From contig JAIVFI010000004.1 in the NCBI GenBank assembly GCA_025558095.1, positions 310,001-374,000 on the forward strand: a stretch of 64,000 nucleotides of DNA, written 5' to 3'. Position 1 is the stretch's first letter; the number at the start of each line of letters is the position of its first letter. A program made the translations under genes and the position numbers. This DNA is from Hyaloraphidium curvatum SAG 235-1 (lineage: Eukaryota; Fungi; Monoblepharomycota). A model generated the notes under the pieces. The model was not told where the DNA came from, searched no databases, and saw only the letters and a program-made list of their open reading frames with translations. Shown here one piece after another: positions 1 through 10,600 of this stretch.

Positions 1-795
1 GACGCCCTTCTGCGTGAGCTGGATGCGCGGGCCAGAGAACTGGATGCCGAAAGAGCAGAACGTGGAGCACTGGCTGAGAAGCTTCGCGATATGGAGGCGA
101 AGCTGCTCGTCGGCGGGGTGTCCATCCTCGATCGACATCAGGAGCAGCAACAGCAGCTCGCGCGGCACACTGCGGAACTCGAGGAGCGCAAAATGAGAGA
201 GCGGCAGATGCGCCGCGAGCTGGAAGAGAGGGCAGAGCAGACGATCCAGATCGAAGGGTCGTATGCCAGCCTCCAGGAAGAGGCGGCCGCAAAGACCAAG
301 AAGCTAAAGCAGCTCTGGGCGGTCCTGACGAGGCAGAAGCAGGAGATCCGGAACGTGCAGGAGCTGTTTTCAAGGGAGCGCGAGGACCTGCTCGAGGTCG
401 TGAGGAGCCTGGCACGAGAATTGAAGCTGAAGATGCTGGTCCTGGACGCATGCATGCCTGAGGAGGAGCTTTCGTTCCTGGAACAGAACGCCGTGTGGCG
501 GGAGGACCTCGGCGTTTGGACCTTCAAAGGCATCGACCTCGGAGATCAATCGTCTTCGAAGCGAGGCTCCAGCAAGACCGCGTCCGGCTCTGGTCGGACA
601 AACCGGCGAAACGCTTCCCCGGAATCCCAGTCGCCATCCAAAGCGGAGAAGGAAACCCCCGAACCTCCACAAGCTGAACAGCAGGATGGCGGCTACGAAA
701 AGTTGTTTGAGAACGTGTACCTCTCGGCGGCAAAACTGACGAAGGGAGAGGCGTCATCGGCACAGAACCCACGGCAGCTCACGGCAACAGCTTGA
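1..795 (+). CDS. Kinesin-2 (KIF3/kinesin-II-like) motor, C-terminal stalk and tail; 5'-truncated by window
   Basis: Frame is open from base 1. The KLLVGG..ILD..EQ motif and coiled coil YASLQEEAAAKTKKLKQLW match the KIF3A/B stalk-tail. Confidence 0.8.
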   Translation, partial: DALLRELDARARELDAERAERGALAEKLRDMEAKLLVGGVSILDRHQEQQQQLARHTAELEERKMRERQMRRELEERAEQTIQIEGSYASLQEEAAAKTKKLKQLWAVLTRQKQEIRNVQELFSREREDLLEVVRSLARELKLKMLVLDACMPEEELSFLEQNAVWREDLGVWTFKGIDLGDQSSSKRGSSKTASGSGRTNRRNASPESQSPSKAEKETPEPPQAEQQDGGYEKLFENVYLSAAKLTKGEASSAQNPRQLTATA

Positions 796-877
796 TTCCA
801 GATGTCAAGCAGATGCTTACAAAAGATGCCAAATGCCAGTTGGTCAAGATATCCGTCGATCAGAAAGCTCGGTACCG

Positions 878-1975
878 TCATTGTTCACCATCAGTGTCCG
901 TGTCCTCCACGACGTCTGCGTCTCCGTCGGCGTCCTCCCCGCTTTCTTCCTCGTCTTCCTCCGAGCTCCACTCCACAGCGTCCCCGTTCACGTTGCCGTT
1001 TTCCTGTTGCTGGATCGCCACTTGCGGAATCCCTCCGCCCTGGGCACCTTGCACCCGGCCGGCCATGGCCGAAATCATCCTCGACACCTCGTCGATCGTG
1101 GTTCGCAGCTGCGGCCGGAGCCTCATCTCCTGGAGAGGCGCGTAGAAGATGGATGCGAGGGCGACGGGAAGCCTGTTCAGCGTCGTCATGGCGCCGCGGA
1201 GGCTGGACAAGTACCGGTTGTTGAACACCGGGTTGAGCGCAAAGTCGTTGCGCTCGCGGACGAAGCAGGCGACTTCTGCCTCGCCCAAGTCGCTGGGCAC
1301 GACTCGCGTGAGAATGAGTCCGACAAAGAGAACGGGGGCCTCGCTGTTTGCAATGTAGGTCGGCGAGGTCGGAGAGGGAGCGGAGCCGTTGCTTTCGGTC
1401 GGCGAAGCTGACGTCGGAGAGGGCAGGGCTTCCGAGCCTTGCGGTGTGCCCTGCGCTGAACCACTGGCGCTTTCTTCGGTCCACGCGGAGTAACCCCATC
1501 CCATGTGGTCCCCACACACGGCGCAGTAAGCCTGCCTCCATGCCGTTCCGGGAAACCAGCAGTGATCCGGCGTCGGCCGAGTCCAGTGGTCGGGCCCGCC
1601 CCGCGGCCGCTCGAACTTTATCGCCGGGGTGGGCCTGATGCGAACGACGTCGAAGCGGTGGGAAGTCGGGTTCGTCGCGCTGTAGGCCCACACGACAAGA
1701 GGCTCCAGAGTTCCGTCAGGATATCCGTGGTCCCCGCGCTCCGGGGCCGCTCCGCCCGTCTCCGACTCTTCCTCGATCACGTGGCCTTCATCGAGAGAAA
1801 AGAGGTACTGAAAGACGGCCGGCCGCCAGCACTCGATGCGTTCGAGGAGCAGGTCTTCCGGGCCGGCTATTGGAAACCTGCACGTCGAGCAGACGAGGTA
1901 GCGACGCTTGGACGAGTCTTCCGCGGCGAGCTCCGTCTCGTACGCCTGCTCGACGGCCTCCGGCTCCGGTTCCAT
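878..1975 (-). CDS. CULT (cereblon thalidomide-binding / Yippee-Mis18 fold) domain protein
   Basis: Two Zn-binding CxxC pairs (CSTC, CAVC) plus TNPTSHRF, CWFPGTAW and HMGWGY motifs. Likely ATG at 1975 (MEPEPE); intronless. Confidence 0.8.
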   Translation of the reverse strand: MEPEPEAVEQAYETELAAEDSSKRRYLVCSTCRFPIAGPEDLLLERIECWRPAVFQYLFSLDEGHVIEEESETGGAAPERGDHGYPDGTLEPLVVWAYSATNPTSHRFDVVRIRPTPAIKFERPRGGPDHWTRPTPDHCWFPGTAWRQAYCAVCGDHMGWGYSAWTEESASGSAQGTPQGSEALPSPTSASPTESNGSAPSPTSPTYIANSEAPVLFVGLILTRVVPSDLGEAEVACFVRERNDFALNPVFNNRYLSSLRGAMTTLNRLPVALASIFYAPLQEMRLRPQLRTTIDEVSRMISAMAGRVQGAQGGGIPQVAIQQQENGNVNGDAVEWSSEEDEEESGEDADGDADVVEDTDTDGEQ

Positions 1976-2095
1976 CGCGTTCAAGGGGGCCAAGTCACGG
2001 TGTTGCGTGCGGCAACGCGCGTGATCAGACCCCACCAATCTGTCCCCCACGGCCGCTTCGCCGTCCTCATCAACGAGAAGTCGCAAATTCCTCCG

Positions 2096-3361
2096 ATGGC
2101 ACCTGCCATCGCGTCGGACCCCATCCTCGCCGCCGAAGGCGGCCCCAAAGCCGTCACGCGCTCCTTCCCGTGGCCCATTTTCGACCAGACCGAGGTCGAC
2201 GCGGTCGCGGACGTTGTCCGTGCGGGCAAATGGGGCAATCCCGACTGCGGCGACGCCGTCGAGGCCTTCGAAACGGAGTTCGCGGCCTTCTGCGGGGCGA
2301 AGTTCGCCGTGAGCTGCGTCAACGGAAGCGTCTCGCTGAGGATCGCGCTCATGGCGTGCGGGGTCAAAGCGGGGGACGAGGTCATCGTGCCTCCGTACAC
2401 CTTCATCGCGAGTGCATCGGTCATCGTGGAAGCCAATTGCGTTCCGGTCTTCGCCGACATCGATCCGGAAACGTACAACATCGACCCCGACGCCCTCGAA
2501 AGGGCAATCACCGAGCGAACCAAAGCCGTGATCGTCGTGCACTTTGCCGGGCAGGCTTGCGACATGGACCGGATAATGGAGATTGCACGGCGCCGAAACC
2601 TACGGGTGATCGAGGACGCCGCGCACGCGCACGGGGCCGAATGGCGGGGCCGGAAGCTGGGCACGATCGGCGACGCGGGGAGCTTCTCCTTCCAGAGCTC
2701 CAAGAACCTGACCAGCGGCGAGGGCGGGATCGCCATCACGGACGACCCCGAGGTCGCGCGGATGATGCGCTCCCTCCGCAACGTCGGCCGGCTGGACGGC
2801 TTCCAGTGGTACGACCACTTCAACCTGGGATGCAACTACAGGCTCAGCCCGCTGCAGGCGGTGCTCCTGTCGTGCCAGCTGAAGCGCCTGGACGAGCAGA
2901 CCCGGCGGCGGCACGACAACGGGACCTTTTTGAACTCGCTGCTCTCGCGAATCGAAGGCATCCGGCCCATGCGCCGCGGCCTGGGCGAGACCGTTCACTG
3001 TTACCATCTCTTCATGTTCCGCTACGATCCCGAAGCGTTCGGCGGCATGCCCAAGGCGCGGTTCGTGGAGCTTCTCGCTGCCGAGGGCGTGCCCTGCTCG
3101 GGCGGCTATCCGCACCCGCTGTACAAGCAGCCCGTGTTCCAGAACCGGAGCTTCCTGTGCTACGTTGTGCCCGAGACGGTGGACTACAAAGAGGTTTGCT
3201 GCCCGGTGGCGGAGAGGGCGTGCAACATTGAAGCGGTGTGGATCTTCCAGCAGGCGATGCTGGGCACCCGCGAGGACATGGAATCTTTTGCGGAAGCTGT
3301 TCGCAAGGTGCAGGAATGGGCGAGGTCGGCGAAAAATGTCGGTGCCGGCGCCAGCCCGTGA
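2096..3361 (+). CDS. DegT/DnrJ/EryC1/StrS family PLP-dependent aminotransferase (RifK/BtrR/StsC-like)
   Basis: GDEVIVPPYTFIASAS, IEDAAHAHGA and the PLP-lysine motif SFSFQSSKNLTSGEGG. 421 aa from ATG 2096; no introns. Confidence 0.93.
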   Translation: MAPAIASDPILAAEGGPKAVTRSFPWPIFDQTEVDAVADVVRAGKWGNPDCGDAVEAFETEFAAFCGAKFAVSCVNGSVSLRIALMACGVKAGDEVIVPPYTFIASASVIVEANCVPVFADIDPETYNIDPDALERAITERTKAVIVVHFAGQACDMDRIMEIARRRNLRVIEDAAHAHGAEWRGRKLGTIGDAGSFSFQSSKNLTSGEGGIAITDDPEVARMMRSLRNVGRLDGFQWYDHFNLGCNYRLSPLQAVLLSCQLKRLDEQTRRRHDNGTFLNSLLSRIEGIRPMRRGLGETVHCYHLFMFRYDPEAFGGMPKARFVELLAAEGVPCSGGYPHPLYKQPVFQNRSFLCYVVPETVDYKEVCCPVAERACNIEAVWIFQQAMLGTREDMESFAEAVRKVQEWARSAKNVGAGASP

Positions 3362-3424
3362 TCGGAACGACGTGTAGCCGCAAAGGGTATTGAAGAAAGC
3401 TATTTACAACGATTCTTCGGGGTA

Positions 3425-4198
3425 TCAAGTTCCTGATCCGCTAGGCCGGTCTTGCGGCGGCCGCGCTGCGGAAATGTCCTTCTCGATCGCTTCCAGCCTC
3501 GTCCTGAAATCAGCGACCACCTTGGCGGCATGGGAGTCCTCTGTAGTCGGCGGACGGACCTCCAGCGGCCCGTCGGCTTCGCCCACGTCTGGCACGAGGT
3601 GCCGGAAGTGCGCCTCGGGGAACAGCTCCTCGTAGCGCAGGTGGGCGAGGTCCGAGTGTAGCTCGGCGAGCTTCGCGGCTGCGGACGCCAGCACAGGGCT
3701 CACTTCGACGGTCTCGGGCACGTCGGCGGTGCGGAGAAAGTGGAGCAGGGCGCTGCGGAACGTCACACAACGAGGACGGCGCAGTCTCGCGAGGGTGCCC
3801 ACCTTGCCCGGCCCCGAATGATCCCGAGCTGCATGCCGAGCTCCGCGCCGTCTGCGAAGCCGTCGTCGAAGCCGTCCTGAAGCTTCTGCTCCTTGGCTTC
3901 CTCTATGCCCTCCCGGTACCCGTCCTGCCGCGATCGGAGCATTCCCATGAGCTCCTGGACGATCGATCTTCCCACGAGGAAACCGTACCACGCCATGCAA
4001 TCGCTGCAGCTTGTTCCACTCGAGCTCGGCCATGCGGCGATCGTAGTCCGTGCCCCTACCGCCCCGTCGCGGTTCCGCGGTCCCCGGCGCCTCCCCGCCG
4101 ACCGATGCCGCGCTCGACGGCCCTCCAGCGGTTCCCGCCGGGGGTGCCGGGGCCGGGTGCTCGTCCTCCGAGGAATCGGCCCACACATCGCGGTCCAT
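3425..4198 (-). CDS. YAE1: Yae1 family protein (Yae1_N, deca-GX3 motif), 2 introns
   Basis: EWNKLQRLH then, after an intron, DGYREGIEEAKEQKLQDGFDDGFADGAELGMQLGIIRG, which is the GX3 repeat of Yae1/Lto1. Confidence 0.8.
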   Translation of the reverse strand: MDRDVWADSSEDEHPAPAPPAGTAGGPSSAASVGGEAPGTAEPRRGGRGTDYDRRMAELEWNKLQRLHGVVRFPRGKIDRPGAHGNAPIAAGRVPGGHRGSQGAEASGRLRRRLRRRRGARHAARDHSGPGKVGTLARLRRPRCVTFRSALLHFLRTADVPETVEVSPVLASAAAKLAELHSDLAHLRYEELFPEAHFRHLVPDVGEADGPLEVRPPTTEDSHAAKVVADFRTRLEAIEKDISAARPPQDRPSGSGT

Positions 4199-4369
4199 GG
4201 TCGAACGCGGGCGAAGAGTTTGGAAGCTGCTGTGTGGTTGTGGCTGGGGTGAGAAACCTAGCCATAAAGTGCGCGTTCCGATCGATCACCTTGCGAACTG
4301 TTCTCACGCGACCCCGCTCCACGGACGGCCTTTTGAAAGCGAGTCGGACGCCCACACTCACTCGCCGCG

Positions 4370-5672
4370 ATGCCTGTGAGTATGCGACGACGGCGAGGCG
4401 GCGGCGGCATCGGCGGCGGCGGCGGGTGGCGAGGTGCCTGCCGGGAGGCATCGCATCTCCACCGCTCCTGCGGGCGGATGGCGGCGGCGGCGATGGCGGG
4501 GGAAGGCGGCCCACTTCGGCACTCTGCGCGGCGTCGACGGGGCGCGGCGGGCTGCGGCGGGCTGCGGCGGGCTGGGCGGCACCGGGCTCCCACGTCGACT
4601 CGGCCATCGGCGATGGACCGGCGCGCCGCTCCCCCATCGGCCAGTCGCGGCCCGCCGTGCCTTTGGATGCCGACGAGGCAGCACGCACCGCCGGGAGGCC
4701 CCCCGGTGGAGGGGCACTGCGCAACGGGCAACCGCGCCGCGCTGCGCCGGTCTGCGCAGATCCCCGCCCCGCCTTCCCCGGATGCCGCGCCGCCGCATCG
4801 GCCGCATTTTCCTGCTTTTCTCGGATCGCAGTCGCTGACCGGCGCCTGCCCGTGCTCTCTTTCCACCCCAGCTTGCCGTCGACCTTCTCAACCCCTCCGT
4901 GGAGTCGGAGAAGCGGAAGCACAAGCTCAAGCGGCTTGTGCAGAGCCCCAACTCCTACTTCATGGACGTGAAATGCCCTGGTATGTTGTTTTGCCGCGGC
5001 GGACGCGTCCCGCCTTTTCCAACCTCGGCGCGCTGACCTCGACGCCCCTCTCAACAAAGGCTGCTTCGGAGTCACCACCGTTTTCTCGCACGCCCAGACC
5101 GTCGTTGTCTGCAGCGGGTGCAGCACCGTTCTTTGCCAACCGACCGGCGGCAAGGCACGGCTGATGGAGGGTGAGTTTCGGCATCACTTTGGGACGGGGT
5201 GGGCACGGCCTCCTGGCCTCAACGATGTGTGCGCCGGACGGGGCCCCCTGGGTTCCTGACCGGCGTCATCGGCACGATATGGGAAGCACGCGGGGACCTC
5301 CGGATCCCTTCCGTAGTGTACGGTTCCCGCCGACGCATCGAAAAGCGACCTTGGCCGCGGCTGGCGGGCACCCCGACGGGCTCCCGCGAAGCCGCCTCGA
5401 GCGGAAACCTGCCGTGGCAGTTCTTTTTCGCTCGGCGGTGGGACCCGGACGGGCGCTCGGCCGCCCGGCTGGCTACTGTATATTCTATGTCGTTCCGGAG
5501 GGTTTATCCCTGCGTCACTACGTGGCGATGATGGTTGGGAAAAACCATACAGCAGACATTTATTCTCGGAGGATTTTCTGGATGGGATCGGGAGGGCGTG
5601 TCGTCAGTTGCTAACTCTTTCCTTCTTTTCCTTCTGCCTCTAGGATGCCAATTTCGGAAGAAGGTCAACTGA
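4370..5672 (+). CDS. RPS27: 40S ribosomal protein S27 (eS27); exons 4370-4375, 4872-4980, 5060-5170, 5644-5672
   Basis: Spliced product [84 protein letters not shown] with GT-AG introns. Confidence 0.97.
5218..5561 (+). ncRNA. snR30: U17/snR30 box H/ACA snoRNA in RPS27 intron 3 (5' end approximate)
   Basis: m1-like ATATTCTA (5480-5487); m2 AAACCAT (5542-5548) exactly 7 nt before the ACA box (5556-5558) followed by TTT. Closing stem CTACTGT/ACAGCAG and 5' stem CGATGTGT/ACGCATCG. H box not canonical. Confidence 0.8.
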
Positions 5673-5815
5673 TTCTTCTTTGACGATACCGGATTAGACC
5701 TCCTACTCCCGTGTACATTTGACCGCATGTAATGCTGAAACATGCACTCAAACTCTGACTGTTGCCGTGCAGTCCGCCCGACCGTGCCTCAGAGATCGTC
5801 CGCCCTCAAACCTGA

Positions 5816-7287
5816 CTATGCTCGGCCGAAGAACCCCTTCATGAAATCCCGCTGCTCCTCCTTGCCCGTCTTCAACGACCCAGATTTCTTTGCCGGCGGC
5901 TGCGCGGCAGCGAATGCCGCCCCATGCGGCCTCTTTGCCGTTTGCGCAGGTTTGGCCGGCTTTGCGTTGTTCATCGTGTTCACCGGCCCGAGCGGATTCC
6001 GGGGCACGTTGGATTTCGGCGCCAGGTTGCTCTTCGGCTGCGATCGGAAAGATGGTTAGTGGCGGGCCCGGTGAGGCGTCAAGGGGACCCACGTGGTGAT
6101 CACCCGCGGCAACGCGCTGCTTGGTGCTCCGGAAAGCCGCTGCGCCGGGCATGAACACGGGATCGTCGTCCGACTCTAGCGGCAGCTCCGAAGAGTCCTT
6201 GATTTCGATCACGTCCGGCTCCTCGTCGAAGATGTGCAGGTCGTCGCCGATCGCAGGAGGCTGGGCGACCGCCGCCGGGCTCGGGCGGTTCGCCGCCGCA
6301 GGCGCCGGCTTCGAAGGCAGTGGCGGCCGCAGGTCCGGTGCGTGCTCTTTGCCAAAGAGCCGGTCCTCCAGGCTGACTTTCGGGCCGTCGTGGTTTCTCT
6401 CTGCGGCCTTTTTGGCCTCGGCAAGCTGCTGCTCCAGCTCCTGGTTCTTTTTCTTCAGCTGCTTGTTCTGGAACGGAAAGAAGAGGAGTCAGCCTAGCGA
6501 CCATCAACACAGAGACCCGTGCAACCTCTCTATCGAGCTTGAAGTGGTTCTTCTCGTAGTACGACTTGGCGTTCTCCGCCTCCTTTATCACGTGATCGTA
6601 ATGAGCCTTGGAACGCTCGAGTTCCTCTTCCTTCAGCTTCGCTTCCCTATCCGAAACAAGAATGAGCAAATGCGACATTCAGTAGACTCCGTTCCCCACC
6701 TGGCCACCGCAGCCTCAAACTCGGTCCTCCCGTCCTCGAGCCTCTTCCGCCTCTGCTTCTCGTAGGTGTGATTCTCCCTGGCCGTCAACAGCTCACCCTT
6801 GAGGTGCTTCTCGCTCATCCGGAGGGAGATGATTTCCTCGTTCGCCTTGTCGAGCCGCTTGGTGACCCGCTTGGCCTCGCTTTCGGCCTCCTCGAGCGAG
6901 CTCGCCAGCTTCCGGTTCTTGGCCTGCTCCTCCTCCAGCTCCTCTTGCTGCGCAAAATTCCGGTCGGTGAGCGACGCCAAATGGAGCGCGCACGGTGTTT
7001 GCGCCCACCAGATGCGCCTGGACCGTGTGCGGCTCGAACGTCGGCCTCCGAATGCCCGTCAGGTCCAGGTAGAGGCGAATCGGCTTCCCGGTCTTGTTCG
7101 CCTTCGCCAGCGTCACCGGCCGCTGGCGGCAAACGGGACATTCGTTCTTGGTCCGCAGGTGGTGTCCCAGGCACGCCTCGCAGAAGACGTGCCCGCACAA
7201 CAGGGTCGAGAGGATCTCGCATTTTGTGATTTCCTCCATGCAGATGGGGCAGGTCCGCCCTTCGGCGGTCGTCCCGGCGTGCGCCAT
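5816..7287 (-). CDS. N-terminal RING finger plus coiled-coil protein (putative E3 ligase), several introns
   Basis: CPICMEE...CGHVFCEAC...CPVC RING, followed by coiled-coil exons (6633-6980) and a low-complexity tail ending MKGFFGRA. Confidence 0.75.
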
Positions 7288-7658
7288 GGCAGCGCGTTGT
7301 CCGTGAAGGTCTTCGAGGGGCCTGCTCTGAGCGCAGTGCCTTCACGCGAGTCGCGGCCCAGGGCAACTTCCGCGCCGGGCCGCGTCGCCGCGCCGCCTAA
7401 GAATTCGCAGGGGTCTCTGCACGCCTGCCAGGCGCCAGGCGCCAACCGCCCGTCATGGGGCCGCGCGGCGGGCGTGATTCGGAGGTGAGGTCCACTTCGG
7501 CGCGCAAAACGAAGCGCGGACCATCAAAGGAGGCGCCCTCTAACATTCGTTCTGAGCTTGATTTGCCCCGATCATCGCTACAATAAATCAGAGTATGGTA
7601 TCGAAGTGCCCATGCAGTTTCCCTCGAGCAACCGTTGCGCGGAATGCCGTGCGCCAAA

Positions 7659-10600
7659 TCACGACTTCTTCTTCGGCGTCGCCCCTGGCGCATCGAACCA
7701 GTGTTCCCGCCGCTTCTTGAGCAGCTTCGCAAACTCCATGCGGACCTTGTGCGGGGCCAGGCTAATCTTGGCACCCGGGAGCTTGGCCTTCTCCTCATCC
7801 TCCAGGGTGTCCCCGGCCGCGAGCCGCTCCTGGAACCACGGCCGCAGCATGCCGATGATCTGGGAGTCCGGATCCGTGACCGGGGGAAAGGGAGCCGCCT
7901 CGGGATACTCGTTGGCCACGACGACGGCGGCAGCCGCTTCGCCGGGGCCGGTCTGCGCGCGCTTTCGCACCGCACGCCGGAAAGCGCTCCGGGCAGCTTC
8001 CGGCTCCTCGCCCTTCCAAAGTGATTCCGGAATCTGATAATACAATAAGCAAAAGGCCCAAGCAAAGGACGGCGGACGCTGAAGCTCACCGGAACGTGGA
8101 TGCCGAGCTCTTTGAGGCCGAGAATGTCGATGCCCAGATCCTCGCCGAGGTTTCCGCTCACGAACGCCTCGTCGCCGTCCGCGAAATCGATCTCCTCGTC
8201 CTCTTCGAGCGACTCTGTCAGCACCTCCTTGTACTTCCGCTGCAGCTTCCTGCGCAGCTCCGTCCTCGCGTTGCCCGAGTTGACGATCCCATTCCTAACG
8301 TACTTGGTGAAGTCGTCGATCCCCTGCAGGCCGCCGTCCATCAGGGCGTGCCGCAGGATCTGCTCGAAATCCATCTGCGGCCCGAAATCGTCCAGGTAGG
8401 ACCGCACCAGGCGGGCCAGCAGGCCGAGGTACTCGATCCCGGCGTCGGTCACGACGTTGAGCGCCTCGGGCTTGGCGCTTTCGAAGCCCTCGTGGGCGAG
8501 CAGCCGCGAGCAGACCTGCCGCATGGAAGCGTGGCCTATGGCCTCGTCCATGCGCAGCGGGGGTAGAGCGGATTCGTCCGAGGAGTGCGAGCTCTTGGGC
8601 GTCAGCGTCGGCCAAGGACTTGGTTCGTGGTCCGTCCCGTTCTGCCGCAACACATTAGCAAACGCCAAAAAGACGGGCGGAGTTGACCGCACCATGATCG
8701 CCGAAATCCTGCCGTGCAGCTCCTGTATCCTCCGCATCTCGTGAATGTTCCTCCCGATCGCCTCGGCGAGCGGCCCGCTCCCGTCCATCCTGGCCCTCTG
8801 GTACGCTGAAGCCGACGGCATAGGCACCTCCACCAGCGCCTCGAACAGGATCGACCCCGTAACCTCCACCGGCCCTTCGATCTCGGGCACCGAATCGCAC
8901 GGGTACGTGAGCTCGGGCAGGAAGTGCTCGAAACCCTTGAGCTCGCCCTCGCCGCCCTCCCCGCGCAGCCGCGCGTTGCGCTCCAGGAACCACCGCCTGT
9001 TCTTCTCGTACTCGCCCATTTCCTCCCCGGTCCTGACCATGCCCGCGCGCTCCGGGAACGGCTTGCCCGCGTCCTTCTCGCGGCGGAGGAGCTGCGCCGC
9101 CCTAGTCTCCCGCGTGGTCTCGTACCATCGCCGTACCTGCGGGTCCTCGAGCTCGGCGGCCAGGAACGCTCGGTCCTCGTCCGTCGGGCCCACGGGCTCG
9201 GGGGTGGGTTCGCGGGGGGGTTCTTCGACGGGTTCGGGCGGCGGCGGATCCGGTGCCGCGGGCGCAGGCGAAGGATCGGGCGTCGGCGCGGGCTTGGCGT
9301 CGTCCGTGTCCATGGGCACCGCCTCGTCTGGCTTGGCCTCCGGCGCCGTTTCCTCCTCCGTCTTGGCCTCTGGCGCCGGCTCCGCGGACGGCGTCAGCAC
9401 CTGCACCGCAGCGGGCGCCGGCGCCGGGCTCTCCCCCTCGACTTTGACCTCAACAGTATCCCCGCCGAACATCTGCGCTTCGAGCCGCTGCGCCTCCAGT
9501 CGCTCCGCCTCCTTGCGCTGCGCCTCGAGCCGCTGCGCTTCCTGGCGCTGGGCCTCGAGCCGCTCCTGCCGCATCCGCTCCCGCTCCCGCTCGCCGGGGT
9601 TGTGCTTGGGCGGACGTTGGTGCGAGCCGTGGGAGCCGCCGCCGGCGCGGGACTTGTGCCCGTGCTTCGAGCCTTTGGATCCCTTGGAGCCTTTGGATCC
9701 TTTCGATCCTTTGGCGCCCTTGGATCCTTTGGCGGCGCCCTTTAGCCCCTTGGCCGACGTCTTGGCGGGGCCGCCCATGGAGCGCGAACCAGTTGGCCCT
9801 TGCGGTTCTGTGGGGACAATCGTAGAGCAGATGTCAGCGGGATCCCGCGGACGCCTCTTCGCAGCACCCACCGTCCTCCCCGCTATCCGTATCCCCCTCG
9901 TCGAACTCCTCCTCCTGCGTCGCCGGCAGGTCTGTCCGCACCCTGATCACCACGTCCGGCATGAGCTTGGCCAGCGCGTCACTCCGCTCCTTCATCCGCT
10001 CGCCCGCGATGCGGTAGATGTTGGCCGGGTCCGTGTTGTAGGTGAAGCAGTTGGACCAGATGAGGTCCAGGTCGGCGACGATCTCGGCTTTGGAGAGGTA
10101 CTCGAGGGACTTGAGCTTCTTGGTCATGGTGCCGAGGTCCATCGGGTTCTTGATGACTGGACGCGGGCGACTTCAGCTTCCCTGACATCATGACCGCGCG
10201 GAGGGGCCCACTCTCGTAGTAATCCGGGTACTCCCTCCGGTTGACCTTGATCAAAAACGGCCCCGAGTACTCCTTGTAGTCCTTGAGCTCCTGGATCACC
10301 TTCTCCGCGGCCTCGTAGAGCTCCTCCTGGCCGATGCGCACGTCGCTGGCCCACTTGGACCGGCTGACGGGCTTGATGTCGGCGATGAGGGTCTTGATGT
10401 CCTTGGAGAGGTTGGGATCGAGCTTGTCGATCTCGGCGAGGAGGTGCTGCGGGTGCACCGCGTTCTATGGGTTCAGAGGCAGGCCACTGAGCGCGCCGTC
10501 GTCGACCCACCTTCCGCGAGAACGTGAGTGGCGGCTGCGGAATGAGACTCAGCACGGGGGCGTCCTGTGCAGGGGTCACCGCAGCCGGTACAGGCGCCGG

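Noticed and set aside
1505-2542. Overlapping extensions of the 618-aa (+) and 554-aa (-) ORFs
   Set aside because: Each extension is the antisense of the other real gene. The true starts are 2096 (+) and 1975 (-).
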